A DNA stretch of 64,000 nucleotides from Acidobacteriota bacterium (GCA_965263035.1 OZ253580.1:1856001-1920000), one strand, 5' to 3'; counted from the stretch's first letter, positions 37,251-47,549 are shown. Translations and numbers: made by a program. Notes: a model not told the origin generated them from the sequence alone.

Positions 37251-39287
37251 CTAGAGGATCGGCAGCCGGATACCGACTCTGGCGTTGAATTTCGGAGAAG
37301 GATAGAAGGCCCGTTCCGCCGGAAAGCCGCCCAGAACACCGTACTCCGAATACTCGTGGCTCATGATGTTGTTGAAATCCGCGAACAGAGTAAAGCGGTC
37401 CCAGCGGTAGCTGATCCTCGAATTGAGCAGAAAGTATCCGTCGTGCTTCCCGAAGCGGTTGCTCCAGTCGCTGTGAAAGTACCTGGCGCCGACGTAGGTT
37501 CCGTTGATGCTGGCGGTCAACCTGGGGGAGAACTGCGCGAACAACTCGGCCGCCAGCTTGTGCGCGGCCACACCGGGAACCTGACGGCCCGCATACTGGC
37601 CGTCCTTGACCCGCGTCCGCACGACGCTGTAGTTGCCTCTCAGCGTTGCGATGCCGCGACTGATGCCGGTGGAGAACTCCAGTCCACGTCTTCGAGTCCG
37701 GTCCTCGAAGTTCTCGTTGGCGCCGAATCCGAACGCTCCTCCGGCAGGATTGTAGAAGATCTCCCGGTCGGCATCGATCTGGAAGAAGTTCAACTCCCCG
37801 AAGAAACTGCCGCCGAAATAGTGTCGCAAGCCCGTCTCCAGCCCGGCGGACGTCTGGGGAGTGATGCCGCTGTCGATGGTGTTGGTGAAGAAATTGAACA
37901 TCTCGTTCAGGACCGGGTACCGGAAGCTTCCGGAATAGCTGGCGTAGACGTACGTGTCGGGATTGAACCCGTAGTTGATTCCCGTCGTGAAGACGTTCCG
38001 ATCGTAGCTGGTCTGGTCGGACGTACTGGGCGCGAATCGAAAGTTGGCCCGGTCGTAGCGATAACCGGCCGACAGCGCCAGACTCTCCAACGGATAGAAC
38101 TCGTCATGGAGGTAGAATCCCTGATTCACTTTTTCGAGCTGAAACGAGTTGGTGGACTCGAAGCCTCCGAAATCGGACGTGTTCGCGATGTCCTCGGCCG
38201 CCTTGATCCAGTCGAATCCGATGCTCAGGTTGTTGGCGAGGCTGCCGATCCGCTCTCGTACCACCACTCGTGGGGACAGAGCCAGAGTGTCGGTCTGGGT
38301 CATCCCCTCGAAGGTCCCGCCGGAGAAGCGGCTGAAGAACGAGGACTCTCGTCTCCTGGCGGAGAAATCCAAGGTCAGGGAGCTCTGGCTCAAGAAGTTG
38401 ATTGTCGGCTGGAGCAGGACGTAGGTGTCATCGGTGTCGGCGAAGTCGGCCGGATTCAAGGTGTCCGTCCGGGCAGCTCCCGATTGGAACTGGCTCTCCC
38501 GGATCGCTCCGGGCAATCCAACGTCGTCGGTGTGGAAACCGCCGCTCACATCCAACCTTCCGAGATCGCCCAGGTTGAAGCCCAAACTGCCGCCCAGGTC
38601 TCCACCCTGAATATCGCTGTTGTCCCGATAGCCCTCGGACTGGAAATAGCTCCCGGAAGCGCCGTACGAAACACCATCCCAGGAGCCGCTGACTTGGCCA
38701 CTGGGACGTAGACTCTCGTAGCTGCCGCCCGACATCTCCAGCTCGAGGCGGATCGGGCCTTCTTCCCGGGTGATGATGTTGATCACTCCAGCACCGGCGT
38801 TGTCCCCGTAGAGAACGCTTCCCCGCCCCCCGCGCGTGACCTCGATCCGTTTGACCCTGTCCAATGGGATCTGGAGCCAGTCGACCGCGGTGGAAGCCGG
38901 CAGATTCACTCTACGCCCATCCACAAGGACCAGAGTATTGCTTCCGGCCGTTTCGCCGAATCCCCGGAGATCGACCGAGTAGTGGCGGCGGTTTCCCGTG
39001 ATGTCGGTAACCTGGACGTTGACCAGGGTTCGGAGCAGACCGGGAATATCGACGGCCGTGGATGCGGCAATGTCCTCTTGCGTGATCACCGTCACGTTCG
39101 CGGGAACCCGGACCGACTTCTCCCGATAGCGGCTCGCCGTCACGGTGACCTGCTCCGTCGTGGGCAGGCGCACCGGAGCAGTCTTGTCTTGGGCCGTCAC
39201 CAGTCCGATCAAAAAGCCGAACAGGCTGAGCCCGAATGCGAACCTGCGGGGCAGGTCCCGTGTTGTCAACAAGCAATCCTTATGCAT
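37251..39287 (-). CDS. btuB: TonB-dependent cobalamin receptor (BtuB-like)
   Basis: VTVTASR TonB box, LVLVDG, RIEVTRG..SVLYG..GVINIIT plug; downstream of a B12 riboswitch. Confidence 0.82.
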   Translation of the reverse strand: MHKDCLLTTRDLPRRFAFGLSLFGFLIGLVTAQDKTAPVRLPTTEQVTVTASRYREKSVRVPANVTVITQEDIAASTAVDIPGLLRTLVNVQVTDITGNRRHYSVDLRGFGETAGSNTLVLVDGRRVNLPASTAVDWLQIPLDRVKRIEVTRGGRGSVLYGDNAGAGVINIITREEGPIRLELEMSGGSYESLRPSGQVSGSWDGVSYGASGSYFQSEGYRDNSDIQGGDLGGSLGFNLGDLGRLDVSGGFHTDDVGLPGAIRESQFQSGAARTDTLNPADFADTDDTYVLLQPTINFLSQSSLTLDFSARRRESSFFSRFSGGTFEGMTQTDTLALSPRVVVRERIGSLANNLSIGFDWIKAAEDIANTSDFGGFESTNSFQLEKVNQGFYLHDEFYPLESLALSAGYRYDRANFRFAPSTSDQTSYDRNVFTTGINYGFNPDTYVYASYSGSFRYPVLNEMFNFFTNTIDSGITPQTSAGLETGLRHYFGGSFFGELNFFQIDADREIFYNPAGGAFGFGANENFEDRTRRRGLEFSTGISRGIATLRGNYSVVRTRVKDGQYAGRQVPGVAAHKLAAELFAQFSPRLTASINGTYVGARYFHSDWSNRFGKHDGYFLLNSRISYRWDRFTLFADFNNIMSHEYSEYGVLGGFPAERAFYPSPKFNARVGIRLPIL

Positions 39288-39555
39288 CGCGTTTCCCTCA
39301 CGTCCGCCAGGATCGCCGGGCAGGGCCAGTTGCCGTCCGGTAGAGGTTGGGGCTCGACGGCCGCAAGCCGGAGGCGGCCCAGGCTGGACTCGGAATCAAA
39401 CAACGTTGGGGCCGGCGATCCCGCGCACTTCGCGCCACTCTGGACCGATATGCGCACTGCGGGACAGCGGCCGGAAGAATGATCCCGAGGACGTCAGGAT
39501 GAATTGGGATTCATGAACACCTCCTGCCTCCCCGTCGGAAGCACCTAGAGGTCAT

Positions 39556-39720
39556 GATCGGGCCGGTCTCCTGGCTTGCAGCGGTCACCTCACGCCTTCC
39601 CATCCCCTGCGGCGGGACAGTGGCCCAATGTGGGTTCCCTTGCTGCTCACAGTTGCGAGGGCAGCGCCGGATTCTCACCGGTCTTCCCGTGCACCCAACC
39701 ACGACAGGTTTGGTAACGAT
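39556..39720 (-). promoter_or_regulatory. Cobalamin riboswitch
   Basis: Minus strand: GGGAAGACCGGTGAGAATCCGGCGCTGCCCTCGCAACTGTGA...GCCACTG...GGGAAGG...AGCCAGGAGACCGGCC. Confidence 0.95.
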
Positions 39721-39782
39721 GGACCAAGCACGATAGGGCGTCGTCGCATTGTCTGTCAAAAAACGATTCCACCTCTCAATTC

Positions 39783-40715
39783 TCATTTATCGCCCGCCCA
39801 GTACGTCCAACCGCTGCCCTGGTGGCCAAAATTGAAAAGCTCGGGATGCAGGATCTCCGCCAGGATCTCGGCGGATTCCACGACGCGGGGTCCAGGGCGA
39901 TTGAAGTACTGGTTCCCGTCGGTCACGAACACGCGTCCGTTCCGGACTGCGGCCAGTTGCGGCCATCCTGGATGGTTCACCAGCGGCGGCATCTCGCGAC
40001 AGGTGCGTTCGATATCGAAGCCACACGGCAATATGGCGATCACGTCGGGGTCGGCTGCTGCGAGCTGCTCGAACTCAAAATAGCCGGAGTGTTTCCCGGC
40101 CTCCCCGAAGAGGTTCGTCCCCCCGGCACAGTCGACGAGCTCAGGCATCCAGTTGGCCGCGCTCATCAGAGGGTCGATCCACTCAATACAGGCAATGGAC
40201 GGACGGGTTCGCACGGATCCGGTCCGGGCCCGAATCGCTCCGAGCCGATCCATGAGACGAGTCACGAGATCGTCACCGCGTCCCGGGTCGCCAAGGGCTG
40301 AGGCCACCTTTCGGATGTCCTCCCAGACGTCGCTCAGGGACATGGGTTCCAGGGAGACGATAGCGGGCTGCGAAGTGACGAGTTCGCAAACCGCCTTTTC
40401 CACGTCTTTCAGACTCACGGCGCAGACTTCGCATTGGGTCTGCGTGATGACCACAGTCGGCGCCAGACGATTCAGGAGGTCGGGATCGACACGGTATACG
40501 GACAGCCCTTCGGAGACGATGGTTCGGACCTGGTCGTCGATAGCCCGACTGACGGCACCCACTTCGACCTTGGAACTCGAACAAGTCGGAAGCCGACAGA
40601 CGGAGGAAGGATAGTCACACTCGTGGGATCGGCCTACCAGCTCGTCCTCGAAGCCGAGCCCACATACGATCTCCGTCGCACTGGCAATAAGCGAGACGAT
40701 CCGATTCGACATCAC
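39783..40715 (-). CDS. Cobalamin-binding/BtuF-like protein lacking an obvious signal peptide
   Basis: RIVSLIASATEI, GRSHECDYP, TQTQCEVCAV, EWIDP, PCGF, YFNRPGPR. Confidence 0.8.
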   Translation of the reverse strand: MMSNRIVSLIASATEIVCGLGFEDELVGRSHECDYPSSVCRLPTCSSSKVEVGAVSRAIDDQVRTIVSEGLSVYRVDPDLLNRLAPTVVITQTQCEVCAVSLKDVEKAVCELVTSQPAIVSLEPMSLSDVWEDIRKVASALGDPGRGDDLVTRLMDRLGAIRARTGSVRTRPSIACIEWIDPLMSAANWMPELVDCAGGTNLFGEAGKHSGYFEFEQLAAADPDVIAILPCGFDIERTCREMPPLVNHPGWPQLAAVRNGRVFVTDGNQYFNRPGPRVVESAEILAEILHPELFNFGHQGSGWTYWAGDK

Positions 40716-40721
40716 ACTTCG

Positions 40722-41327
40722 TCAAGCGCCAGGGGAGGCGAACGGGTATGCCCGGGCCGCCACCGGCTGTTTCAAGGCCACCCGGCTGAACAGCAGGGGG
40801 AGGAAGACGGCCATGCTGATCAACGTGTTCCGAAAATAGGGGATTCCTCTTACATAGCAGTCGGTGAGTCCGGCGAGCGTCTGCGGATAGAGTGTTCCTC
40901 CGCTGAATGCCCAGAGACCAAAATTGGTCACAAGGTAGAACCCCACCGACGAGATCAGTCCTGCAGCCGCCACCCGGGCCCATGACTGCTGGCCCCTCAG
41001 TGCCAAGCCCGTTGCGGCCACCAGGGCGACCGACAGATAGACCACCGGTTGAAACGAGTAGAACGCCCAATCGAACCGCCCGGTCAGCGCCCAGATGCCC
41101 AGGTCGCCGATCAGGTAAGTCGCAAAGGGGATCGCATAGACCATGATCTGCCGACCGTAGAAAGCCCCGCCGAAGATGCAGACCGGAAGAATCGGAGAGA
41201 AATTCCACGGGTAGGCGGTATTTTCGGGATCGATCGAGATTCCGAAATGAGAGAGTACGTAGGGCGCCAGCCGAGCGGCAAGGCCCAGGGCTAGGAGCGC
41301 CAGAATCAGGGAGAACCGAGGTTTCAT
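40722..41327 (-). CDS. DUF6580 putative membrane transporter (S-component-like)
   Basis: PWNFSPI..FGGA, FYLVTNF..W, YPQTLAGL..CY..GIPYFRN; ATGA overlap with upstream gene. Confidence 0.75.
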   Translation of the reverse strand: MKPRFSLILALLALGLAARLAPYVLSHFGISIDPENTAYPWNFSPILPVCIFGGAFYGRQIMVYAIPFATYLIGDLGIWALTGRFDWAFYSFQPVVYLSVALVAATGLALRGQQSWARVAAAGLISSVGFYLVTNFGLWAFSGGTLYPQTLAGLTDCYVRGIPYFRNTLISMAVFLPLLFSRVALKQPVAARAYPFASPGA

Positions 41328-42073
41328 CCATCTCCTCCTTTGGTTTGGGAGCATTGTGGCGCGTCCCCAGCACGGCGATCTGGAACGAGGTCGCAGAACG
41401 CGAAGTCGTCACGCTCGACGACTTCTCCCGGAGACATGCAAACGGACCGGCGGAAGATCGGTCCATTGAAAACGAAAGTATGAAACTCACCGTTCTCGCC
41501 GCACGGATCGACGCCGGCCGGGAGATCAGCCAGGAAAGCCGCATCCAGGACCGCCAGGTTCACGCAGACGATCACGGCCTCGAATCCATCCCTGATGAAC
41601 CGGCGTGCGAGCTTGCCGGTGTCCTGCTTCCAGAGCGGGAAGAAACACTTGAGATTCCAGGCCGCCAGCTGATTTTCGCGGTAGGTTCGAAGGTCTTCAA
41701 GAAAGATGTCGCCGAAGGCCACACGCCGTATCCCGGAAGCCTGCAAGCGAGCGAACGCATGCCCCATCTCCCGTTCGTAGACCGCGTTGGTGCAGACTCG
41801 CGGAACCGCGACTTCCGTCATGGGAATCCCGATGGCGCGGGACTGTTCCCTGAGAAGTGAGCGGCGGACACCGTGCATGCTGACCCGGTCGAAGTCGGCG
41901 TTGACCGTGGTCAAAAAGGACCTGACCACGTACCTTCGCGCGCGGTGGGTTTCCCACAAGGCGAGCGAGCTGTCCTTTCCCCCACTGAAGCACATGGCGA
42001 TGGCCTCGCCGTTCGTGTTCAGATTCGGGGCGCCTCTCGCTTCCGCTGATTGTTGCGATTGCACTCCGCTCAT
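41324..42073 (-). CDS. PP-loop ATP pyrophosphatase (diphthine-ammonia ligase/MJ0570-like)
   Basis: FSGGKDS, RVSMHGVR, FGDIFLED, DPCGENGEFHTF. Confidence 0.88.
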   Translation of the reverse strand: MSGVQSQQSAEARGAPNLNTNGEAIAMCFSGGKDSSLALWETHRARRYVVRSFLTTVNADFDRVSMHGVRRSLLREQSRAIGIPMTEVAVPRVCTNAVYEREMGHAFARLQASGIRRVAFGDIFLEDLRTYRENQLAAWNLKCFFPLWKQDTGKLARRFIRDGFEAVIVCVNLAVLDAAFLADLPAGVDPCGENGEFHTFVFNGPIFRRSVCMSPGEVVERDDFAFCDLVPDRRAGDAPQCSQTKGGDG

Positions 42074-42176
42074 GGTCCCTCGACCACGAACCGGATGTCC
42101 GACGAGGAGGAGGAAAGGCAGGCCGGCCCGGGCGACCCTATTCCCTCCCTCGAAGGTCCAGGTCCATGGAAATGAC

Positions 42177-42352
42177 GCCGGCAGGTCTTCGGACTCACGG
42201 GCAATTGGCTTTCGCCGATCCTACTGGCCGTCGCTTCCCAGTTCCTCGGAACCAGTGCTATGACGGCGGTCGTTCCCGTTTACCGCTGCGGGGCAGCCCC
42301 GGACTCTCACCGGGTTCCCTCTTTCCGCTCCGGCTGGCCGGAGCACCAACGC
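42177..42352 (-). promoter_or_regulatory. Cobalamin riboswitch
   Basis: Minus strand: AGGGAACCCGGTGAGAGTCCGGGGCTGCCCCGCAGCGGTAA...GCACTGG...CTGGGAAG...AGTCCGAAGACCTGCC. Confidence 0.95.
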
Positions 42353-42407
42353 GAAGTCAACGTAATCGAAGCAGCAGGCCGGGTCAAGCCCGCGGGGGCC
42401 GTTCACC

Positions 42408-43820
42408 ATGGTTCCAACCGCAGCCCGATGGGCTTCTGCCCCCGATGGCGGCGGCTGGGATAGAATCCGCTTCGTGCTCGGCTTGCGAGTCCTCTGGTCG
42501 ACCTATCTGCTGATCGCCGTTCCGTTCGCCGTTGCCCGGGATGTGGAAGCCGGCGTTTCCGATCCCGAGAAAGAATTCCCAGTTTCAAAGTCCGCTTCCC
42601 CGCCGGACACCCGGGCCGGACGCTTGAGGCAGAAGCGAATCGAGAAGCGATCCCGCGTCACTCCGCCTCGTGCCAGCGGATTCGAGAAAGCTCTTCTCTG
42701 GGTGGAAAAGAGGGGACTGGGGGTGTCGCGCAACACCGGTTCCGCTGGTGTCCATCCGGTGGTGGGGGTATTGGGACCCCGGTCCGGTGTCGGCCTGGGC
42801 GCCCGCTACTGGCGGCCGGACTTGGGGCGCAGCCAGCTCGATGCAGCCCTGACGGCAGGCTATTCCATCCGCGGATACCAACTGTATGACCTGCAGTTCG
42901 GCCGGATCCAGGACTTCGGTCCCGGGTTCGAACTCGACCCGGAAGACAACGGGATCCGGCAACGAACCGAGCCGGGCAACTCCACGGAACGACTCAGCGT
43001 CTTCGGCCGGGTCCGGTACCGCAACTTCCCCAGGCAGAACTATTTTGGACCGGGCGCCGACTCGAAGGAGGGAAACCGCAGCGATTACCGCCTGGAGGAG
43101 GTCTACTACGGAGGTGCAGTCCGATACCAGGCAAGTTCGTGGTTGCGGGGGGAGTTGGATCTGGGACTGCTGCAAGTGAACACGGGGCCTGGCACCGATC
43201 CCGACGCCGTTCCCATTGCAAGCGGTTTCGACGACGTCACGACCCCCGGCCTAGTCCACCAGCCCGGTTTCTTCCGGACGAGAGCCGCTCTCACCGTGGA
43301 CTTTCGGGACCAGCCGGAAAACACCCACTCGGGCAGCGTGGTGGACCTGTCCTGGTCCCGCCACACCCAAGTGGACGGGGCCGACTACCATTTCTCCGGC
43401 TTCGCGGCGCAGGCCCGTCAATATCTGCCGTTGGGCTCCCGCCAGCGGGTCCTGGCGCTACGGTTCCTGACCTCGACGAACCATCCCGAAAACGGCAGCC
43501 GGGTACCGTTCTACTTTCAGCCCACGCTGGGGGGGCCGCATATTCTGAGAGCCTTCAAGGATCAGCGTTTCCGGGATCGGAATCTGATCTACCTCTCGGC
43601 CGAGTATCGTTGGGAGGCGGCGCCGGCGCTGGAGCTGGCCCTGTTCTACGACGCCGGCAAGGTGTTTCGGAACCGATCCGCCTTCAACTTGATGGGCTTC
43701 CGGAAGAATGTGGGTTTCGGGTTCCGACTCAAGAGCCGGGACCGTGTTCTCATCAGGGTGGATTTGGTGAGAGGCCGGGAGGATACGCGGGTCCGCGTTA
43801 CCGTCGGTCCGGCGTTCTAG
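42408..43820 (+). CDS. Omp85 (BamA/TamA-family) outer-membrane beta-barrel
   Basis: VPFYFQPTLGG..LRAF..QRFRD, SAEYRW, FYDAGKV, GFGFR; start uncertain. Confidence 0.85.
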   Translation: MVPTAARWASAPDGGGWDRIRFVLGLRVLWSTYLLIAVPFAVARDVEAGVSDPEKEFPVSKSASPPDTRAGRLRQKRIEKRSRVTPPRASGFEKALLWVEKRGLGVSRNTGSAGVHPVVGVLGPRSGVGLGARYWRPDLGRSQLDAALTAGYSIRGYQLYDLQFGRIQDFGPGFELDPEDNGIRQRTEPGNSTERLSVFGRVRYRNFPRQNYFGPGADSKEGNRSDYRLEEVYYGGAVRYQASSWLRGELDLGLLQVNTGPGTDPDAVPIASGFDDVTTPGLVHQPGFFRTRAALTVDFRDQPENTHSGSVVDLSWSRHTQVDGADYHFSGFAAQARQYLPLGSRQRVLALRFLTSTNHPENGSRVPFYFQPTLGGPHILRAFKDQRFRDRNLIYLSAEYRWEAAPALELALFYDAGKVFRNRSAFNLMGFRKNVGFGFRLKSRDRVLIRVDLVRGREDTRVRVTVGPAF

Positions 43821-43981
43821 GAGCCTGCGCCGCAGAAATTAATCTACTGCGAAAGCGGTAGAATCGGTCCATATTTCCCCGATTTCTCGGCGAATAGAAC
43901 GACTATGCACCTCCAAATCGAGAAAATCTGGCCTCGATTCCCCGCTTTCTCGCTACGATCATTTCTACCGCGCAGACTCCT
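43819..43981 (+). mobile_element. 163-bp MITE, copy 3
   Basis: Same sequence; begins in the Omp85 TAG stop. Confidence 0.9.
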
Positions 43982-43990
43982 GGGGGAAAC

Positions 43991-45649
43991 TTGGAGTTGA
44001 AACGCTCACGGATCACGCCTCTGGTCCTGCTGCTGGGCTGCTTGACGGCCGGCTTCCCCCCGATCCAGGGGCAGCGATTTCTACCGGACGATCCGATCCG
44101 GACCGATGCCGACGATCTGCCCATTCCCATGCCCGAGTCCCGATCCCTCAGCCAGATCGCGGATCTGCTGGAGAATTCGTTCTCCAACCGGCCCGTCAAG
44201 GGGGAGGTCATCCTTCCGGCGCAGAACGTGAACACGCTGGGCGAGGTCCCCGATTCCAGCTGGTTTCAGAATCGGCTGGGAAGGCGACCCATGAGTCCGG
44301 CCGAGTTGGCGCGAGGTCCCAACCGGCAGGCGCCCGACGTTTCCCGGGCCTGGGAGATCGTTTCCGGAAAGACTGAGGGGATCACTCCCGGGTTCACCAT
44401 TCGCGACAGCCGGGCAGAAATCTATTTCATCAAGTTCGACCCAATTGAATATCCTCAACTGGCCACGTCTGCGGAGACCATCAGCACTCGATTCTTCCAT
44501 GCCTTCGGCTACCACGTCCCAGAGAACCACCTGGTTCGGGTCTCACCCGCGAATCTACAGGTGACGCCCGAGTCCATGCTGCGAGAGGGCCGGGGAAAGA
44601 AACGCGTCATGGTCCAGGCGGATGTGGTCCGGATTCTCCGCCTGGTTCCCAGGTTGCCGGATGGAAAAATCCAGGTGCTGGCCAGCCGGCGGCTGCCGGG
44701 CCGTCCCCTGGGGCCGTTCGAATACTTCGGAACCCGGAGCGACGACTCCAACGACGTCTTCCGGCACGAGAACCGGAGAGAGCTGCGAGGTCTCCGGATC
44801 TTCGCGGCCTGGTTGAACCACGACGATTCCCGAAGCATCAACACGTTGGACATGTACCTTCCCCGGGGCGAACAGGGATATGTGAAACACCATCTGCTGG
44901 ATTTCGGCTCCTGCCTGGGAAGCGGCACCATCGGGATGCAGAGTCTCCGGGGCGGCAACGAGTACTTGCTGGAGCGGAGTCCCATTCTCAAGACAGCCTT
45001 GACTCTGGGCATCTGGGACCGGCCCTGGAGTCGTGTGCACTACCCCGAGCACCCCGGTGTCGGGCGTTTTGAAGCGGACTACTTCCAGCCCCCAGATTGG
45101 AAACCCGAGTACCCCAACGCCGCCTTCGAACGCATGCTCCCGGAAGACGCCTTCTGGGCCGTCCGGATCCTGATGCGGTTGAGCGAGGAGTCGATTCGGG
45201 CGGTTGTGCGGACGGGACAACTGGTGGAGGCCGAGTCGGAGGAGTATCTGGTCCGGACGCTGCTGGAGCGCCGCCGAAAGATCGTCCGCCACTATTTGGC
45301 CGAAATCAACTCCCTGGATGAGTTTCGGGTCCGGGATCGAAGCGGTTTCCTGGTCCTGGAGTTTTCGGATCTGTCCCTGAGGGAGGCTCCGAACAGGAAC
45401 CGAACCTACCGCTACGTATGGTCCAAATTCGACAACGGAACCCAACCGGGTGAAGCCCTGGGTCCTGCCATGTCCTCGGCCGTCAACTCCATCGCCCTCC
45501 CCCGGGAAAGACCGGAATTCTTGATGGTGCGCATTCGACCCGTCTCAGACCAAGCGACCGGCGGATCTCACCCGGTTGACGTCTATCTGCGGACCCAGCC
45601 TGGGATGGCGGTGGTGGGCATCGACCGCAAAAAGAGCGCCGGGCGGTAG
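43991..45649 (+). CDS. Secreted hypothetical protein with atypical kinase-like motifs
   Basis: Signal peptide; KTEGITPG, FIKFD, AETI, WLNHDDSRSINT, LLDFGS. Confidence 0.6.
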   Translation: MELKRSRITPLVLLLGCLTAGFPPIQGQRFLPDDPIRTDADDLPIPMPESRSLSQIADLLENSFSNRPVKGEVILPAQNVNTLGEVPDSSWFQNRLGRRPMSPAELARGPNRQAPDVSRAWEIVSGKTEGITPGFTIRDSRAEIYFIKFDPIEYPQLATSAETISTRFFHAFGYHVPENHLVRVSPANLQVTPESMLREGRGKKRVMVQADVVRILRLVPRLPDGKIQVLASRRLPGRPLGPFEYFGTRSDDSNDVFRHENRRELRGLRIFAAWLNHDDSRSINTLDMYLPRGEQGYVKHHLLDFGSCLGSGTIGMQSLRGGNEYLLERSPILKTALTLGIWDRPWSRVHYPEHPGVGRFEADYFQPPDWKPEYPNAAFERMLPEDAFWAVRILMRLSEESIRAVVRTGQLVEAESEEYLVRTLLERRRKIVRHYLAEINSLDEFRVRDRSGFLVLEFSDLSLREAPNRNRTYRYVWSKFDNGTQPGEALGPAMSSAVNSIALPRERPEFLMVRIRPVSDQATGGSHPVDVYLRTQPGMAVVGIDRKKSAGR

Positions 45650-45667
45650 ACCGGCGCTTGGCGCCCC

Positions 45668-47107
45668 ATGGGTCTGATCGCAACGAGGACGCCCATGGCG
45701 GAAGTCGCCGGAGAAACCTATACTGACTTCTCCGTGAACCGACGTGAACTACTGTCTCTGATGGGCGCCGGATTCGGCACGGTCGGATTGTCCGGGTCCC
45801 TGGGAGCCTCCTCCCGGGGCAATCCTCTGTCGGCGGGAACCCCGCATTTCCCGGCCCGGGCCAAACACGTGATCTTTCTCTTCCTCAACGGCGGCCTCTC
45901 CCAAGTGGACAGCTTCGACCCCAAACCGGAACTGGACCGGTACGACGGGAAACCCATGCCCGGTCCCAAAACCCGGACCGACAGCGCCACCGGAAACCTG
46001 ATGAAGTCCCCGTTCCGATTCCGGCCACGCGGTGAGAGCGGCATCCTGGTGTCCGAGATCTTTCCCCGGATCGGAGGTCTCATCGACGACTTCTGCGTGA
46101 TCCGGTCCATGTATTCGGACAACGGCAATCACGTCCCGTCCCTCTACCTCATGAACTGCGGTCACCAGTTGGCCGGCCACCCTTCAATGGGCTCGTGGAT
46201 CACCTACGGACTGGGCTCGGAGAATGAGAACCTGCCCGCCTTCGTGGTCCTTTGTCCCGGGTATCCGGTGGGCGGACCCCAGCTTTGGTCCTCGGCCTTC
46301 CTGCCCAACTCGTACCAGGGGACCTACATCCCGAATAACGAGACCGACCCGGAGAAACTGGTCCGCAACGTCCGCAACTCCTCCTTCAGCCCGCACCAGC
46401 AGCGACGCCAGCTGGAGCTCCTGGACCGGATCAATCGGCGCTACCTGGACCGGATTGGCCATCAACCGCAGTTGGAATCGGGAATTCAAGCCATGGAGGT
46501 GGCCTTCCGAATGCAGATGGAGGCGCCGCTGGCACTGGACGTCACTCGAGAGGAGAGCTCGACGCGCTCCAGGTATGGCGACACCGATTTCGCCCGCGGC
46601 TGCTTGATGGCGCGCCGCCTCGTCGAGCACGGCGTGCGCATGGTCCAGGTCTTCTACGGCAAGTCCCAACCCTGGGACAGCCACGACGACATCCTGGACC
46701 ATCGGATCCTGGCCGCAGACGCGGATCGGGCCATCGCCGCCTTGATTCAGGACCTGAAGGCCCGAGGCCTGTTCGAAGAGACCCTTCTCATCGTGGGGAG
46801 CGAGTTCGGCCGAACCCCTATGATTCAGAACAGCGGACTAGTGAAGTACGGGTATGGCCGGGACCACAACGTCCACGGCTACACGACACTTCTGGCGGGG
46901 GCAGGTGTCCGGGGAGGGATGACGTACGGTTCCACCGACGACTTCGGTTTCAAGGCGGTGGAGAATCGCGTCCACCCCCACGACCTGCACGCCACAGTCA
47001 TGCACCTGCTGGGACTGGACCACACGAGGCTCACCTATAGGTACGGCGGGCGGGACTTTCGCCTGACCGACGTGGGCGGTAGGGTGATCGGGGAAATTCT
47101 GAGCTAG
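45668..47107 (+). CDS. DUF1501 domain protein
   Basis: AKHVIFLFLNGGLSQVDSFDPKP, WDSH, EFGRTP, GRDH. Confidence 0.92.
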   Translation: MGLIATRTPMAEVAGETYTDFSVNRRELLSLMGAGFGTVGLSGSLGASSRGNPLSAGTPHFPARAKHVIFLFLNGGLSQVDSFDPKPELDRYDGKPMPGPKTRTDSATGNLMKSPFRFRPRGESGILVSEIFPRIGGLIDDFCVIRSMYSDNGNHVPSLYLMNCGHQLAGHPSMGSWITYGLGSENENLPAFVVLCPGYPVGGPQLWSSAFLPNSYQGTYIPNNETDPEKLVRNVRNSSFSPHQQRRQLELLDRINRRYLDRIGHQPQLESGIQAMEVAFRMQMEAPLALDVTREESSTRSRYGDTDFARGCLMARRLVEHGVRMVQVFYGKSQPWDSHDDILDHRILAADADRAIAALIQDLKARGLFEETLLIVGSEFGRTPMIQNSGLVKYGYGRDHNVHGYTTLLAGAGVRGGMTYGSTDDFGFKAVENRVHPHDLHATVMHLLGLDHTRLTYRYGGRDFRLTDVGGRVIGEILS

Positions 47108-47210
47108 AAACGGGGAGCGCCATTGCAGGGATTCCCGCGACCGGCTCATCGGCCGGTGACCCGGGCAAATCCTGGAATGCGCCCCCCGGTGCAAAATGCG
47201 GGCTGGAATC

Positions 47211-47549
47211 CTACCAGCGACTTCGACCGCGGCTGCCGTAGCCGCCGCCGCCGCCGGCGCCACCACCGCCGCCGCCGCCACCGCCGTAGCCGCCGGACCG
47301 TTTCTCACGAGGGCGAGCCTCGTTGACCGTCAAGGTCCTTCCACCCAGTTGAGTGCCGTTCAAGGCGCTGATGGCTTTCTGGGCGTCCGCCTCGTCCATC
47401 TCGACGAAACCGAAACCCCGTGACTGACCGGTCATTCGATCCGTGATCACTCGAGCCGATTCCACGGGACCGTACTCGGAGAAGGTCTCCTCCAACCGGT
47501 CATCCGTGATTGCGTAGGGCAGGCCCCCTACATAGATGTTCTTCTTCAT
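47211..47549 (-). CDS. RRM RNA-binding protein with Gly-rich tail
   Basis: IYVGGL (RNP2), RGFGFVEM (RNP1), LTVNEARPR. Confidence 0.95.
   Translation of the reverse strand: MKKNIYVGGLPYAITDDRLEETFSEYGPVESARVITDRMTGQSRGFGFVEMDEADAQKAISALNGTQLGGRTLTVNEARPREKRSGGYGGGGGGGGGAGGGGGYGSRGRSRW

Noticed and set aside
47230-47300. GCC/GGC triplet repeat
   Set aside because: Encodes the Gly-rich tail of the RRM protein
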